Positions 21,094 through 30,844 of a DNA stretch of 64,000 bases are shown here, in pieces (the stretch's first letter is position 1; every line of letters starts with the position of its first letter). Origin of the DNA: an uncultured Chloroflexota bacterium (GTDB lineage Bacteria; Chloroflexota; UBA11872; VXNJ01); assembly GCA_964496475.1 (NCBI GenBank), contig CAZBZS010000002.1, positions 56,967 through 120,966 of the forward strand, read 5' to 3'. The position numbers and the translations under genes are program-made. A model generated the notes under the pieces. That model was not told the origin of the DNA. It worked only from the letters and a program-made list of their open reading frames with translations, and ran no database searches.

Positions 21094-22622
21094 TTCTGTT
21101 TATCCTTGTCCGGAACGATTGTGAGAAGGCAGAAATTGCCTGATCGCAGCTTCACCTGAATCCTATCGAGACCGAGTTCTTCCGGTCGCACATAGTTTTC
21201 ATTTATCAGCAAGTGATCGATGTCCCATCTGCTGAATATGTCGGTTATCGGCACCTGCAATACCGGGAAGAAATCATCATAGTGATGAAGGTGTCCGAAC
21301 GAACTATCTGTACTAAGAACTTTAGCCGTGGAAAAATGCAACGCCGTATCCGCGAGCGAAAGTGGAATGGTCATGAGCTTTGCAGGATGTGCTTGCGAAT
21401 CGAGCTTCCGCATGATCCGCAAGAGATCCGGCGTCACCGAGCGGTCGACATCGTGGGCCACGACCCGGTACTGCAGGAACAACGCCGGGGCGAGCCCGCC
21501 GAATAGCGCCAGGGCAATGAAGGCGACCGCGAGTGCGGTTCCCCACGCTGAATCGGCCGTGGACACCAGACCGGCGATGATCAGAGCGGTCGGAAAGACA
21601 CCGTACTCGCCGTACCGCTCACCCTCGCCAATGAATTCCAACGACTTCACCTGCCGGATAAGGATCCCGGTGCCCAGAAGACTCAATGACAGCACGAGGA
21701 AGAAGTTGAATTCACGTTGCCAAGTGACCGCATCGGCGATCACGAAGTCGAAGAACTCATTGACTGCGGCCAGGATCGCAAGAACGACAAACACATTGGC
21801 GCTGAAGACCGCCAGAAACGGGGCCTTGCGGAGGTAACGATAGATCCTGAAAACGGGGTCGGCACTCTGCTCAGCCTCCCGGGTGAGGCCCCTCACCTGG
21901 TGGGCAAAGCGATTGTGAATGTTTCCTCGCCACCAATTGAGCATGGCGAGGTGCCCCTTGAACACCTGCCAGTAGAGCCCGCCGGAGACAACTATCGCAA
22001 GCATCCAACTGCCGAGGAAGACGAGGGGGTAATAAGGCGTCAGGAAGAAAATGCCGAGCACTATTGTTGCTGCGGCGAGAGCCTGCAGGGCCATCCGGTG
22101 GGTGAGGAACAATACCGTGCCCGCAACCAGCGATGCCGGAAACCAGACCCAATCGGCCGATGCGGTGAACGCGAGGTTCGTGAGCATCAGCGTGGTAAAC
22201 ATCAGGGACGCGAGTGGCCTTGTCGTCAGGCTTGAGTTTGCCATCACGACAATCGGCGCCAGGATATAGCCTGCCTGGGCCGCCGACGATGCCCAGACGT
22301 TGCCAGTAAACGAATAGGCCACGACAAATACGAGGAACGAATGCGCGAAATCGACAATCGGACTCACCAACCACTGTGATCTCTCTAGTAATCTCTTCGG
22401 AAAGAGCGACAGTAGCCAGCGCATCAACGGCGGGTAGTCGGATGGTTCGGGAATCAGGTAGCGATCGAAGCTCGCGGTGGAATCGTGGCGTTTCCGACGG
22501 TAGTAATCGGCCATCGCCAGATGCCGCCAGGTGTCAACACCGAAATAGCGATTGCCGATTCGGGGCCAAATTTGCAAAAGGAAAGAAGCGGCGGACAAGG
22601 TCAGGCCGACCAGGTAGATCAA
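21090..22622 (-). CDS. Polytopic integral membrane protein, putative GT-C-type glycosyltransferase
   Basis: 510 aa, about 12 TM helices; ATGA overlap with the upstream decarboxylase; divergent neighbour is a partner-family paralog. Confidence 0.55.
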   Translation of the reverse strand: MIYLVGLTLSAASFLLQIWPRIGNRYFGVDTWRHLAMADYYRRKRHDSTASFDRYLIPEPSDYPPLMRWLLSLFPKRLLERSQWLVSPIVDFAHSFLVFVVAYSFTGNVWASSAAQAGYILAPIVVMANSSLTTRPLASLMFTTLMLTNLAFTASADWVWFPASLVAGTVLFLTHRMALQALAAATIVLGIFFLTPYYPLVFLGSWMLAIVVSGGLYWQVFKGHLAMLNWWRGNIHNRFAHQVRGLTREAEQSADPVFRIYRYLRKAPFLAVFSANVFVVLAILAAVNEFFDFVIADAVTWQREFNFFLVLSLSLLGTGILIRQVKSLEFIGEGERYGEYGVFPTALIIAGLVSTADSAWGTALAVAFIALALFGGLAPALFLQYRVVAHDVDRSVTPDLLRIMRKLDSQAHPAKLMTIPLSLADTALHFSTAKVLSTDSSFGHLHHYDDFFPVLQVPITDIFSRWDIDHLLINENYVRPEELGLDRIQVKLRSGNFCLLTIVPDKDKQN

Positions 22623-22706
22623 GGCTTGCGTCTGCTGGCGTTCGAGACATTCTGAACCGGCATGGGTCCGCCATTCGGGCGAGCTTCTGTGTTCATCGGG
22701 CGGTAA

Positions 22707-23513
22707 ATGTTAGCCCAGCCTCAGTTCGAAACGCACCACCGTCATCGCCAGCGTAATCCGAAGGTGAGTGTAGTAGATCGAATCGTTGCTAGACTTCCGG
22801 TTATCGCCAGCCTAGCGGCGATGCTCATCGTGGGCTCGCTGTTTCTGAGGCAGGAACGGATGCTGCCGGTGACGTTCGCCGAGGAGGAATATGCGTTCCC
22901 CTACGGTCCGCTGGCTGGTGGAGTGGGGCAGACCTTCACTGCCCCGGCACCGTATCTAAGCCAGGTGGCGGTGACAATCGATGCGCGGGGGATTGCCACG
23001 GCCGGCTTCCCGCTGAACATGAGAATCCGCGACGGTCGGAGCGAACTGGTTGCAGAGGCCCGTCTGGTAGTGAACCATGGGGGCCTCTCTGACCAGGCGA
23101 TCTCGTTTGGTCCGATTGCTGATTCGGAAGGTCGGGCATTTGAAGTTGAGATCCAGCCGGCGGAGGGCGCCGAAGGCGACGTATACCTGCCAATGCGAAC
23201 TGGATCGGGGCTTTCAGGAGAGGCCTTCCGGGACCAGGAGGGTAAGCATAGTGTCGATTGGTCCAGCAATTACCGGCTTCATCAAACGGTTCGGCCGCTC
23301 ACTTTCATCCGGGGCATCTTTACTGCGGACTCACTTACCGTGCTGGGCATGTTAACCGCGATATCACTTCTGACCTTCGCGTTGGCAGCCGCGTCACGTG
23401 GCGTCGGTAGAGTCCTTGGCTTAAAGGTGAATCTGACTGCCGGTGCCTTTTTTAGTGGCGCTCTGACGCTGACCTTGGGTTGGGTGGCGTTCGCCACATA
23501 CCCTTTGGTGTGA
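22707..23513 (+). CDS. Bitopic membrane protein, paralog A of the recurring GT-C partner family
   Basis: N-terminal TM, extracytoplasmic domain (FPYGPLAGGVGQTF...FEVEIQP...), C-terminal TM segments; shares the motif set with the ORFs at 39719, 42517, 52094 and 60596. Confidence 0.55.
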   Translation: MLAQPQFETHHRHRQRNPKVSVVDRIVARLPVIASLAAMLIVGSLFLRQERMLPVTFAEEEYAFPYGPLAGGVGQTFTAPAPYLSQVAVTIDARGIATAGFPLNMRIRDGRSELVAEARLVVNHGGLSDQAISFGPIADSEGRAFEVEIQPAEGAEGDVYLPMRTGSGLSGEAFRDQEGKHSVDWSSNYRLHQTVRPLTFIRGIFTADSLTVLGMLTAISLLTFALAAASRGVGRVLGLKVNLTAGAFFSGALTLTLGWVAFATYPLV

Positions 23514-23638
23514 TCGGAGGTATCGACCGGCCCGGTGCGATTCGAAAACCGCACTCATGTCCAGATCAGACCGACCGCCGGCGACGAGATCTGCGACGAA
23601 TTCCCGTACCAATCCGCGCGGGAAACGTCCGCGGCGGG

Positions 23639-24958
23639 CTACTCGGAGGCAGTCCCTTCCATGCGGCCTGCGGCGGGCCGGAGGACCAGTAGGTACGTTT
23701 CGGCAGCGAGATAGCCGGCGGTGACGGCCAGCGTGATGGTGAGGATCGTGGCTAAGTCTTGTACGGTTTCGTGCCAATTGAACATCGCGGTCAGCATAGC
23801 TGCGACGGCGACCAACATGAAACTCCACGGGCGCAGATTGCCGGCGCCGATGTTCAGATGTGCCAGGGCATAGCTCAGCGAAAGCAGTGTTCCGGCCACT
23901 ATGTAGATCGACAGCAGGGTTGTATCGAGATAGTACTGGTCTGGGAAGGCGATCGCGAAGACGTAGGTCGGGAAGATGAGCACCGTCAGGCCGACAACGG
24001 TCACGATGGCTCCGATCAGGCCAACGCTTACGAGCAGGCTGGGTACGATCGACTTGCCGGACGAAAACCGCCGGATCACGTGTGGCATTAGAACGATGGA
24101 AACGGGTGACGTGGCGAAGAAGAGAGTTCTCCCGATGAGGGCGACAGCAGAATAGTTGGCTGCTTGGGTTTCAGTGAAGTACGCCTTCACAAACAAAATG
24201 TCCGCGTTCAACACAATGGCCAGGGCGAATGCAATTCCCACCACGCGCAGCTGGTCGCGACCACCCAATTCGGGTCGAGTTTCTACCTGTTCCGATCCGC
24301 GTACTCGACGCGTGACGCGAAAGAGAAAGACGGCTCCGCCCATCACGGCCACGGCGGCTCCGACCGAGGAACCGGCTACGGCGCCAGCAGCCGCCCAACC
24401 CAGCAACACCATTCCGGCGCCGGCGCCCAGGCGCGAAGCGCTTTCGGCCACACTGATGATGCCCAGAAAAAGGAATGAACTTGTGCCCGCCAGCGACGCC
24501 TTGACGACAATCGAGATCAGCGACAGAACGATTGCCGATCCGACAACCAGGATGCTGGCGACCCCCTCGAATTGCAGGAGGTCGCCGATCCAGCCGCTCA
24601 ATACGCCGAGTACGACAGCGATGACCAATCCAGCGGTGCCCACGCGGGCCGCGGTCTGCGCAAACCAGCGCCAAAGTTGGTGACCACGACCCTGCACGAA
24701 CAGATCTCCGGAGACTTTGATGACGAGCGAATTGAGCGCCGCGCCCGGGACGCTGAGCAGGGCTAGGAGCGAGATCGCGGCGATCATCTCTGCCCATGCC
24801 CCCGGCGTAAGGAGCCTTGCCATTACGAACTGGAAAGCGAATCCCAGGACGTTGACGACCATCGATAGGCCGAACAAGGTCAAGTTATCGCGGAAGATGC
24901 CTGGCCGAACGGCTGCCCGAACCACCGTCGAGAGGCGCCAGCTGGCCGCAATGTTCAC
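23639..24958 (-). CDS. Polysaccharide biosynthesis protein (Wzx-like MOP flippase)
   Basis: About 12-14 TM helices; start moved to the GTG just after the upstream stop to avoid a 128-bp overlap. Confidence 0.7.
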   Translation of the reverse strand: MNIAASWRLSTVVRAAVRPGIFRDNLTLFGLSMVVNVLGFAFQFVMARLLTPGAWAEMIAAISLLALLSVPGAALNSLVIKVSGDLFVQGRGHQLWRWFAQTAARVGTAGLVIAVVLGVLSGWIGDLLQFEGVASILVVGSAIVLSLISIVVKASLAGTSSFLFLGIISVAESASRLGAGAGMVLLGWAAAGAVAGSSVGAAVAVMGGAVFLFRVTRRVRGSEQVETRPELGGRDQLRVVGIAFALAIVLNADILFVKAYFTETQAANYSAVALIGRTLFFATSPVSIVLMPHVIRRFSSGKSIVPSLLVSVGLIGAIVTVVGLTVLIFPTYVFAIAFPDQYYLDTTLLSIYIVAGTLLSLSYALAHLNIGAGNLRPWSFMLVAVAAMLTAMFNWHETVQDLATILTITLAVTAGYLAAETYLLVLRPAAGRMEGTASE

Positions 24959-24965
24959 CTGATTG

Positions 24966-26036
24966 CTAGACGCCTTCGTACTCCCGATACAGATCCCAGA
25001 AATAGCGCAACGACACCGACACCTTCGCAATTTGCATGAGATCTCGATCGGATACCCGGCGAATATCCCTCTGCACACGCCGCCGGGCCGCAATAGTGTC
25101 TGGCAGAGTGCGGAAGTTCCAGAAGATCCCGCTCAGAATTGCTCGGGCCTTCGAAGGGTTGCCGCGCAGAGCGTACACGGTCGCAATCGCGAGACACAGT
25201 CCCACATGAACCGGCACGACCTTTAGAGCCTCCAGAAGGCCGAAATTCTTCAGCATCGAATGAATGCGGTTTTTGAACGAGTGGTAACTGATCAGGTAAG
25301 AGTCAGAGTTCCTTGAAGTCCCTGCCAGCAGATGATGTACAAGGGCGTCGGGCACGAAGTAGATCTTTCTTCCCGACAGCCAAACTCGCCAACACAAATC
25401 AGTCTCCTCAAAGTAGGCGAAGTATTTTTCGTCAAACACGCCGACTTCCCGCAAAACCGAAGCCCGGAACATCATGCACGCACCCTTCGCCGAGAATATT
25501 GGGAACGGCGAATCAAGATTCTCGTCGCGCGCCAGATAGCCATCGTGGTACAACATGCCCGTCCAGGTCAGATAATCTCCGATCGAATCCAACCGCGACG
25601 GGTCCTTCATCCAGAGGATTTTTGGCTCGCATCCGCCCGCGTTCGGGTGGGCCTCCATGAAATCGACTAGCTCTGACAGAAAATTGGGTTCAACCGTGGT
25701 GTCCGAATTCAGAAACAGAATGTATTCGCCGGTCGCCTCTCGATAGGCCAACAAGTTGGCTCCTACAAACCCCAGATTCTCCGACTGCTTGAATAGACGC
25801 ACCTCGGAAAACTCTTCGCCTATCATCGTCGCGGAACCATCGGTCGAACCGTTATCCACACAGAGCACTTCGAAGCTCGGGTAGGCGACCTCACGCAGGG
25901 ATTGCAGGCAATCCCGGATTAACGATCGGGTGTTGTAGTTGACGATCAGAATCGAGACAAGTGGGTGCCCGATGAAGAGCGGCTCCTGGCTGCCGATGGC
26001 CGTGGGTGAGATACCGGCAGATTCTATCCCCGCCAC
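24966..26036 (-). CDS. Glycosyltransferase family 2
   Basis: VSILIVNYNTRSL...LCVDNGSTDGS; the ORF opens at 26105, 2 bp from the divergent asnB start, so the internal GTG at 26036 is the more likely start. Confidence 0.8.
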   Translation of the reverse strand: MAGIESAGISPTAIGSQEPLFIGHPLVSILIVNYNTRSLIRDCLQSLREVAYPSFEVLCVDNGSTDGSATMIGEEFSEVRLFKQSENLGFVGANLLAYREATGEYILFLNSDTTVEPNFLSELVDFMEAHPNAGGCEPKILWMKDPSRLDSIGDYLTWTGMLYHDGYLARDENLDSPFPIFSAKGACMMFRASVLREVGVFDEKYFAYFEETDLCWRVWLSGRKIYFVPDALVHHLLAGTSRNSDSYLISYHSFKNRIHSMLKNFGLLEALKVVPVHVGLCLAIATVYALRGNPSKARAILSGIFWNFRTLPDTIAARRRVQRDIRRVSDRDLMQIAKVSVSLRYFWDLYREYEGV

Positions 26037-26107
26037 GAGCCTGAGTACGAACCGTCGGCAATTCCCGACAATCACACACCACGGATGAAAATGAGGCGGG
26101 TACACGT

Positions 26108-28009
26108 TTGTGTGGAATAGTGGGAGTCCTGTCCGGGTCCCGGGGCGAGCCTCCCGATCCCGTGATTCTCGAGGCCATGAAGGCGAGGCTCGTCCATCGG
26201 GGCCCAGACGACGACGGCGGCTATCTGGATGACCACGTAGCTCTTGGAATGCGCCGTCTCAGCATCATCGACCTTGAGGCCGGGCAACAACCGGTCGCCA
26301 ACGAGGACCGCTCAATTCAGGTAGTTCTCAACGGAGAAATTTACAACTACCGCGACTTGACAGACCGCCTCTTGGCGATGGGCCATGTATTTCGCTCCAG
26401 TTCGGACACAGAAGTGCTGGTGCACGCCTACGAGCAATGGGGCGACGCATTTCTCGATAAGCTCAACGGGATGTTCGCATTTGCGCTGTGGGACGTTCGA
26501 CGCCGCCGGTTGATGTTGGCTCGCGATCGCGCCGGCATCAAGCCCCTGTACTACTCCCGGATTGGAGCAACCCTTGTGTTCGGCTCCGAACTCAAGGCCC
26601 TCCTCGTGCACCCGCTGGTTGAACGCGATCTCGACGCCGAGTCTCTCGGTCACTACCTGTCATTCGAATACGTCCCCACCCCCCACGCCATCTTTCGCGG
26701 AGTTCGGAAGGTCAGGCCCGGCCACTACCTCATCGCCGAACGAGAGTCGATCAACGAGGTCCGCTACTGGGATTTTGAGATTCAACGCAGCGAGTCCATC
26801 CATGTTGACGAGCCGCACCTTCATGCGCAGAAATTCGCCCGGGTTCTTCAAGACTCGGTGGCTGCGGAAATGGTAAGCGATGTTCCGGTGGGCGTTCTGC
26901 TCAGCGGGGGCCTGGATTCCAGCGCCGTTGCCGCCATGATGGCGAAGGTGGCCGATAGTCCAATCAAGAGTTTCTCAGTGGGTTTCGCCGAAGGTTCGTT
27001 CGATGAGAGCTCCCATGCCCGGCGGGTCTCCCGCCACCTGCAAACCAAGCACCACGAGATGGTGCTAACCCCGAAAATGCTTCTGGATCTGTTGCCCCGT
27101 CTGGCCGCCCATATCGACGAGCCCTTCGCCGACCCCTCCGTGATGCCCACCTATCTCGTCTCGAAATTCGCCAGGGAACATGTAAAGGTCGCGCTTGGCG
27201 GCGATGGCGGCGACGAAATGCTCGCCGGCTATTCCACTTTGCAGGCCCACCGCGCCGCCACCTTCTACAACCGCCTTCCCGCCCCATTCCGACACCGCGT
27301 CGTCGAGCCGTTGGTCAGGTCGCTACCCGTCTCCCACGCCGACTTTTCTCTGGACTTCAAGGCGAATCGGTTCATCCGGGGTTCAGGCGAGCTTCCCGCC
27401 CTGCAACATCAGATGTGGTTGGGATCGTTCTTCGGAAGTCAAAAGTTGCAAATTCTGTCTCGCGATTTCGTCGAGCGAATCGCCGCCGCTCCGGGCGGCG
27501 AACTAGTCCGGCGCACCGTTCAACCCTGCCTGGCCGGCAAACAGCTCAACCGGATCCTGTACCAGGATATGAAGCTGTATCTCGAGGGGGGGGTCCTCCC
27601 CAAAGTCGATCGTGCCAGCATGGCCGTCTCGCTGGAAACGCGAGTTCCATTGCTCAACCGGGATGTCATGGAGTTCATGGCCGACACCCCGCTCTCATTG
27701 AAACTGCGTGGCTTCACACGAAAATGGCTTCTGCGGGAGGCTATGGCCGGTCAACTTCCAGACGAAATCATCAGGCGGCCAAAAAAGGGGTTCGGCATCC
27801 CTGTCGCCCGTTGGCTGTCCCGCGACCTCCGCCAGATGACACAGGATTACCTGAGCCCCGTTCGGCTCGATCGCCAGGGTATCTTCAACCCCGCGGCTGT
27901 CTCCAGAATCCTTTCCGAACATCTGGAACGACGTCGAAACAATCACAAGATGCTCTGGACGCTTCTAATGTTTCAGCTCTGGTGGGAAAACTGGATGGAG
28001 CCGGCCTAG
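26108..28009 (+). CDS. asnB: Asparagine synthase (glutamine-hydrolysing) family amidotransferase
   Basis: 633 aa; TTG start giving M-CGIVGVL (catalytic Cys2); SGGLDSS PP-loop. Confidence 0.9.
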   Translation: MCGIVGVLSGSRGEPPDPVILEAMKARLVHRGPDDDGGYLDDHVALGMRRLSIIDLEAGQQPVANEDRSIQVVLNGEIYNYRDLTDRLLAMGHVFRSSSDTEVLVHAYEQWGDAFLDKLNGMFAFALWDVRRRRLMLARDRAGIKPLYYSRIGATLVFGSELKALLVHPLVERDLDAESLGHYLSFEYVPTPHAIFRGVRKVRPGHYLIAERESINEVRYWDFEIQRSESIHVDEPHLHAQKFARVLQDSVAAEMVSDVPVGVLLSGGLDSSAVAAMMAKVADSPIKSFSVGFAEGSFDESSHARRVSRHLQTKHHEMVLTPKMLLDLLPRLAAHIDEPFADPSVMPTYLVSKFAREHVKVALGGDGGDEMLAGYSTLQAHRAATFYNRLPAPFRHRVVEPLVRSLPVSHADFSLDFKANRFIRGSGELPALQHQMWLGSFFGSQKLQILSRDFVERIAAAPGGELVRRTVQPCLAGKQLNRILYQDMKLYLEGGVLPKVDRASMAVSLETRVPLLNRDVMEFMADTPLSLKLRGFTRKWLLREAMAGQLPDEIIRRPKKGFGIPVARWLSRDLRQMTQDYLSPVRLDRQGIFNPAAVSRILSEHLERRRNNHKMLWTLLMFQLWWENWMEPA

Positions 28010-28866
28010 CTTCTTCGCCCCCGCGAAGCCTCGGCGATCAGCCCCTGACCGAAGATCAGCAGTCCGAAGAAGAGCCCCAGCAGGCCGACGATCAGGAGAC
28101 TGCCGCCGCCGGTAGCCGCCCATGTCACGATCAGCGCGAGTGCCAGCAGCCAGGCGAATGCCGCCAACAATGAAAAGATTTTGATGGGATTGTGGCGGAC
28201 TGCTGCCTGAACGATCACCTGCATCATTCTCAGCGCATCCCTCAACGGCCTGATCTTTGACTGGCCGGACCGAGATCGGTACTCACTTCGAACGAAGTGC
28301 ACACCCAACCCATCTCCCATCATCGCCAGCGTCAAGCCCGTGCTGAATGAAAAACCCGTGCTCAGGATGTCGAAGTACCGCAACACCAAATCCCGCCGGA
28401 AAACGCGCAATCCTGAATTCACATCCGGGATGTGGCGACCCGTCACAAACGAAGCCATCAGCACCAGAAGCCAGCGTGCCATCCGCCGCAACGGCCCTCC
28501 ATGGAAGTGTGGTCCGGTCCTGGCCGCCACCACCATGTCGTAGTGCTCGGCGATCTCTAAGAGCCGTGCCGCCGTGTCCGCCGGATACGTATTGTCAGCG
28601 TCAGTTATCAGTATCCATTTGTGACGCGCCGCCTGAATCCCGCGCCGTAGCGAGTGCCCATAACCCATGTTCGACGGCGGACCAATCACCTGTGCTCCGG
28701 CCTCCTCGGCTATCACCCGCGTGCCGTCCGTCGATCCATCGTCCACCACAATAATCTCGAAATCGCTCGGCAACGTCTGTAGCATCACCTCGTATTCTGT
28801 TACGACCGTGCCGACCGCCCCCGCCTCGTTATACGCGGGAATTACTACCGAGACTGACGGTGCCAT
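28006..28866 (-). CDS. GT2 polyprenyl-phosphate sugar synthase (DPM synthase/GtrB-like) with C-terminal TM helices
   Basis: SVVIPAYNEAGAV...IVVDDGSTDGT, plus two C-terminal TM helices; start placed at an internal ATG 5 nt after the upstream stop. Confidence 0.8.
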   Translation of the reverse strand: MAPSVSVVIPAYNEAGAVGTVVTEYEVMLQTLPSDFEIIVVDDGSTDGTRVIAEEAGAQVIGPPSNMGYGHSLRRGIQAARHKWILITDADNTYPADTAARLLEIAEHYDMVVAARTGPHFHGGPLRRMARWLLVLMASFVTGRHIPDVNSGLRVFRRDLVLRYFDILSTGFSFSTGLTLAMMGDGLGVHFVRSEYRSRSGQSKIRPLRDALRMMQVIVQAAVRHNPIKIFSLLAAFAWLLALALIVTWAATGGGSLLIVGLLGLFFGLLIFGQGLIAEASRGRRS

Positions 28867-28871
28867 CAAAC

Positions 28872-29858
28872 CTACCGCTCCAGAGATCGCGCCCAGAGGC
28901 CGCGCATGAAGCCCAAACCATAAACTGCGTGGGTCACCATTATGCCCGCCACCGAAACTGCCCCAAGAATCGGTTGCTTCGTGCGGCCGACGATACCAAG
29001 GAATGTTGCGAAAAGGGCGACGCCATAGACTGCGACTGCAACCCGGTACAACAACCACAATGGCGCAACACCGTGGAAAAGAAGCGGGCCGGCGACTACA
29101 CCGAGAACCCAGATCGCCGGTAGTAAATACGAAATGCGCAGCGACGTCCTTGGGTACTTCCTGGCGAAATGCCCCCTATGTACCCCGTACTGCACTATCT
29201 GGCGAAGGTGCGGTCCGAATAGCGGACGGCGATGGTGATAGACCAGCACGTTCGGGTCGTACCTGATCTTCCCTCCATTTTCCAGCAGATCGAGGCACAA
29301 TTTGGTGTCCTCACCCGGGTAGAAGTGAGTGTCAAACCCGCCCGCCTCGGCGAAAGCTTCACGCCGGACCAGGAAGTTCATAGATGGAAAGTCATCGACC
29401 CAGCGAGCCTCCTCGGGCTGAACTCGATAGCGATAATTCCCGCCACCAAGCCACGACCCGTACACCAATCCCGAGGCTTGCGCGAGAATCCCGTCTGCAG
29501 GCGGGGTGACGCCCGGCCCGCCCACCGCGACTACATCGGGATCTTCAAAAATCGCCACTGCCCGGTCCAGCCAGTCCGATCTCGGGTAGGCGTCGTCGTC
29601 AATAAACGCCAGGATTTCCCCGGCGGCGGCCCTGCTCCCCTGGTCACGCTTGAGAGCAGGGCCCACCGCTGCCGTAGGCAGGACGCTCACCCCGTCTAGC
29701 CCGTTCGGAATCGGCTCATCCGGGAGGACGATCGTTTCGATCCGGGGGTAGTCCAAATCCTCGATCGCGGCCAGGCATTCGTATAGAAGAGGACCCGGCC
29801 CCTTACAGGGCACGATGATGGTAACCAGTGGCGCGTCCCGCTGGTCACTCAACCCCAC
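28872..29858 (-). CDS. Glycosyltransferase family 2
   Basis: LVTIIVPCKGPG...; start placed at the GTG/TTG that overlaps the upstream stop (TTGA); C-terminal TM helices. Confidence 0.75.
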   Translation of the reverse strand: MGLSDQRDAPLVTIIVPCKGPGPLLYECLAAIEDLDYPRIETIVLPDEPIPNGLDGVSVLPTAAVGPALKRDQGSRAAAGEILAFIDDDAYPRSDWLDRAVAIFEDPDVVAVGGPGVTPPADGILAQASGLVYGSWLGGGNYRYRVQPEEARWVDDFPSMNFLVRREAFAEAGGFDTHFYPGEDTKLCLDLLENGGKIRYDPNVLVYHHRRPLFGPHLRQIVQYGVHRGHFARKYPRTSLRISYLLPAIWVLGVVAGPLLFHGVAPLWLLYRVAVAVYGVALFATFLGIVGRTKQPILGAVSVAGIMVTHAVYGLGFMRGLWARSLER

Positions 29859-30613
29859 AGGTCTCCTCTGGTCGGGTGCCCCGGATACAGGTCCAGCACC
29901 CTCATCTGCCAGAACACTCGCATCGTGTCTATGAGCATATGTCCGACGGTGCTCGCCCTCACCGAACTCTGGAAGTCCAAATTGATTCCTACTGGGCACT
30001 CAACAATTCGATCAAAGCCTCGCCGCACCGCCAGGGCGAGCAGCTCGATGTCAATGGAAAACCCATCCACCTTCAGATCGGTGAATAGACTCTGGGCGAG
30101 CTCACGGCGCATAAATTTCAAGCCAACTTGCGTGTCGTGAGCCTCCAGATCAAACATCATTTTGACGAGCGTCTGGTAACCAAAGCTATAAAGTCGCCGC
30201 CGAAGGGGATAGTTCACCTCAGAGTCAACATGACGCTTCGAACCGATCGCAATATCGGCCTCGCCATTTTCCACCAGATTGGATGCGACCGCGACCGCCG
30301 CCGGGTCGATGTCCATACCCGCGTCGAGGTATCCCACGATGTCGCCCGAAACCATTTGAAATCCCGCGCGCAGCGCATTGCCTTTCCCTCGATTATTCTC
30401 GATAAGGTGTACTGTCAATTCCTCAAAATTGAGTTCGGAAGCGACCGCCGCCGTCTCATCCATCTGGCCGTCCACTACCAGAACAATCTCGAAATCGTTG
30501 GCGAAACGTGACAGCGTCGATCGCATTCTCTTGAGATCGGCAGCGATGGTTTGCTCCTGCCCAAAGGCCGGTACAACAATCGAGAGGCTTGAATTTAATT
30601 TCTGTAGGACGAT
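29849..30613 (-). CDS. Glycosyltransferase family 2 with no canonical start codon (candidate ATC start at 30613; first ATG at 30526)
   Basis: The open frame extends 50 codons upstream of the first ATG and encodes the conserved GT2 N-terminus LSIVVPAFGQEQTI with no in-frame ATG, GTG or TTG; FEIVLVVDG downstream. Confidence 0.6.
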   Translation of the reverse strand: MVLQKLNSSLSIVVPAFGQEQTIAADLKRMRSTLSRFANDFEIVLVVDGQMDETAAVASELNFEELTVHLIENNRGKGNALRAGFQMVSGDIVGYLDAGMDIDPAAVAVASNLVENGEADIAIGSKRHVDSEVNYPLRRRLYSFGYQTLVKMMFDLEAHDTQVGLKFMRRELAQSLFTDLKVDGFSIDIELLALAVRRGFDRIVECPVGINLDFQSSVRASTVGHMLIDTMRVFWQMRVLDLYPGHPTRGDLWG

Positions 30614-30844
30614 TTCGCTCTCAGGAATTGGGGATTGAGATCTATCGATCGGGCGAGCACTCGGAAACTCTGCCAGTCTTCAAACCCTCGGCCTTGCCCT
30701 GCCAGCGGCCGAATGCCACCGCAATTTACACCACCCGATGAAGGCTGGCTCGGATCAAGTTAATCTTGTTCTAATCGGGTCGGTGCGACGCCCCCTTCCG
30801 ACAGTCTGATTCGAAGCCCGTCTTGGAGTAAACGAGAGAGTTTA

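Noticed and set aside
27415-28173. 252-aa plus-strand ORF
   Set aside because: It is an alternative frame across the asnB 3' end and the start of the GT2 gene. Low-complexity, Arg/Pro/Gln-rich.
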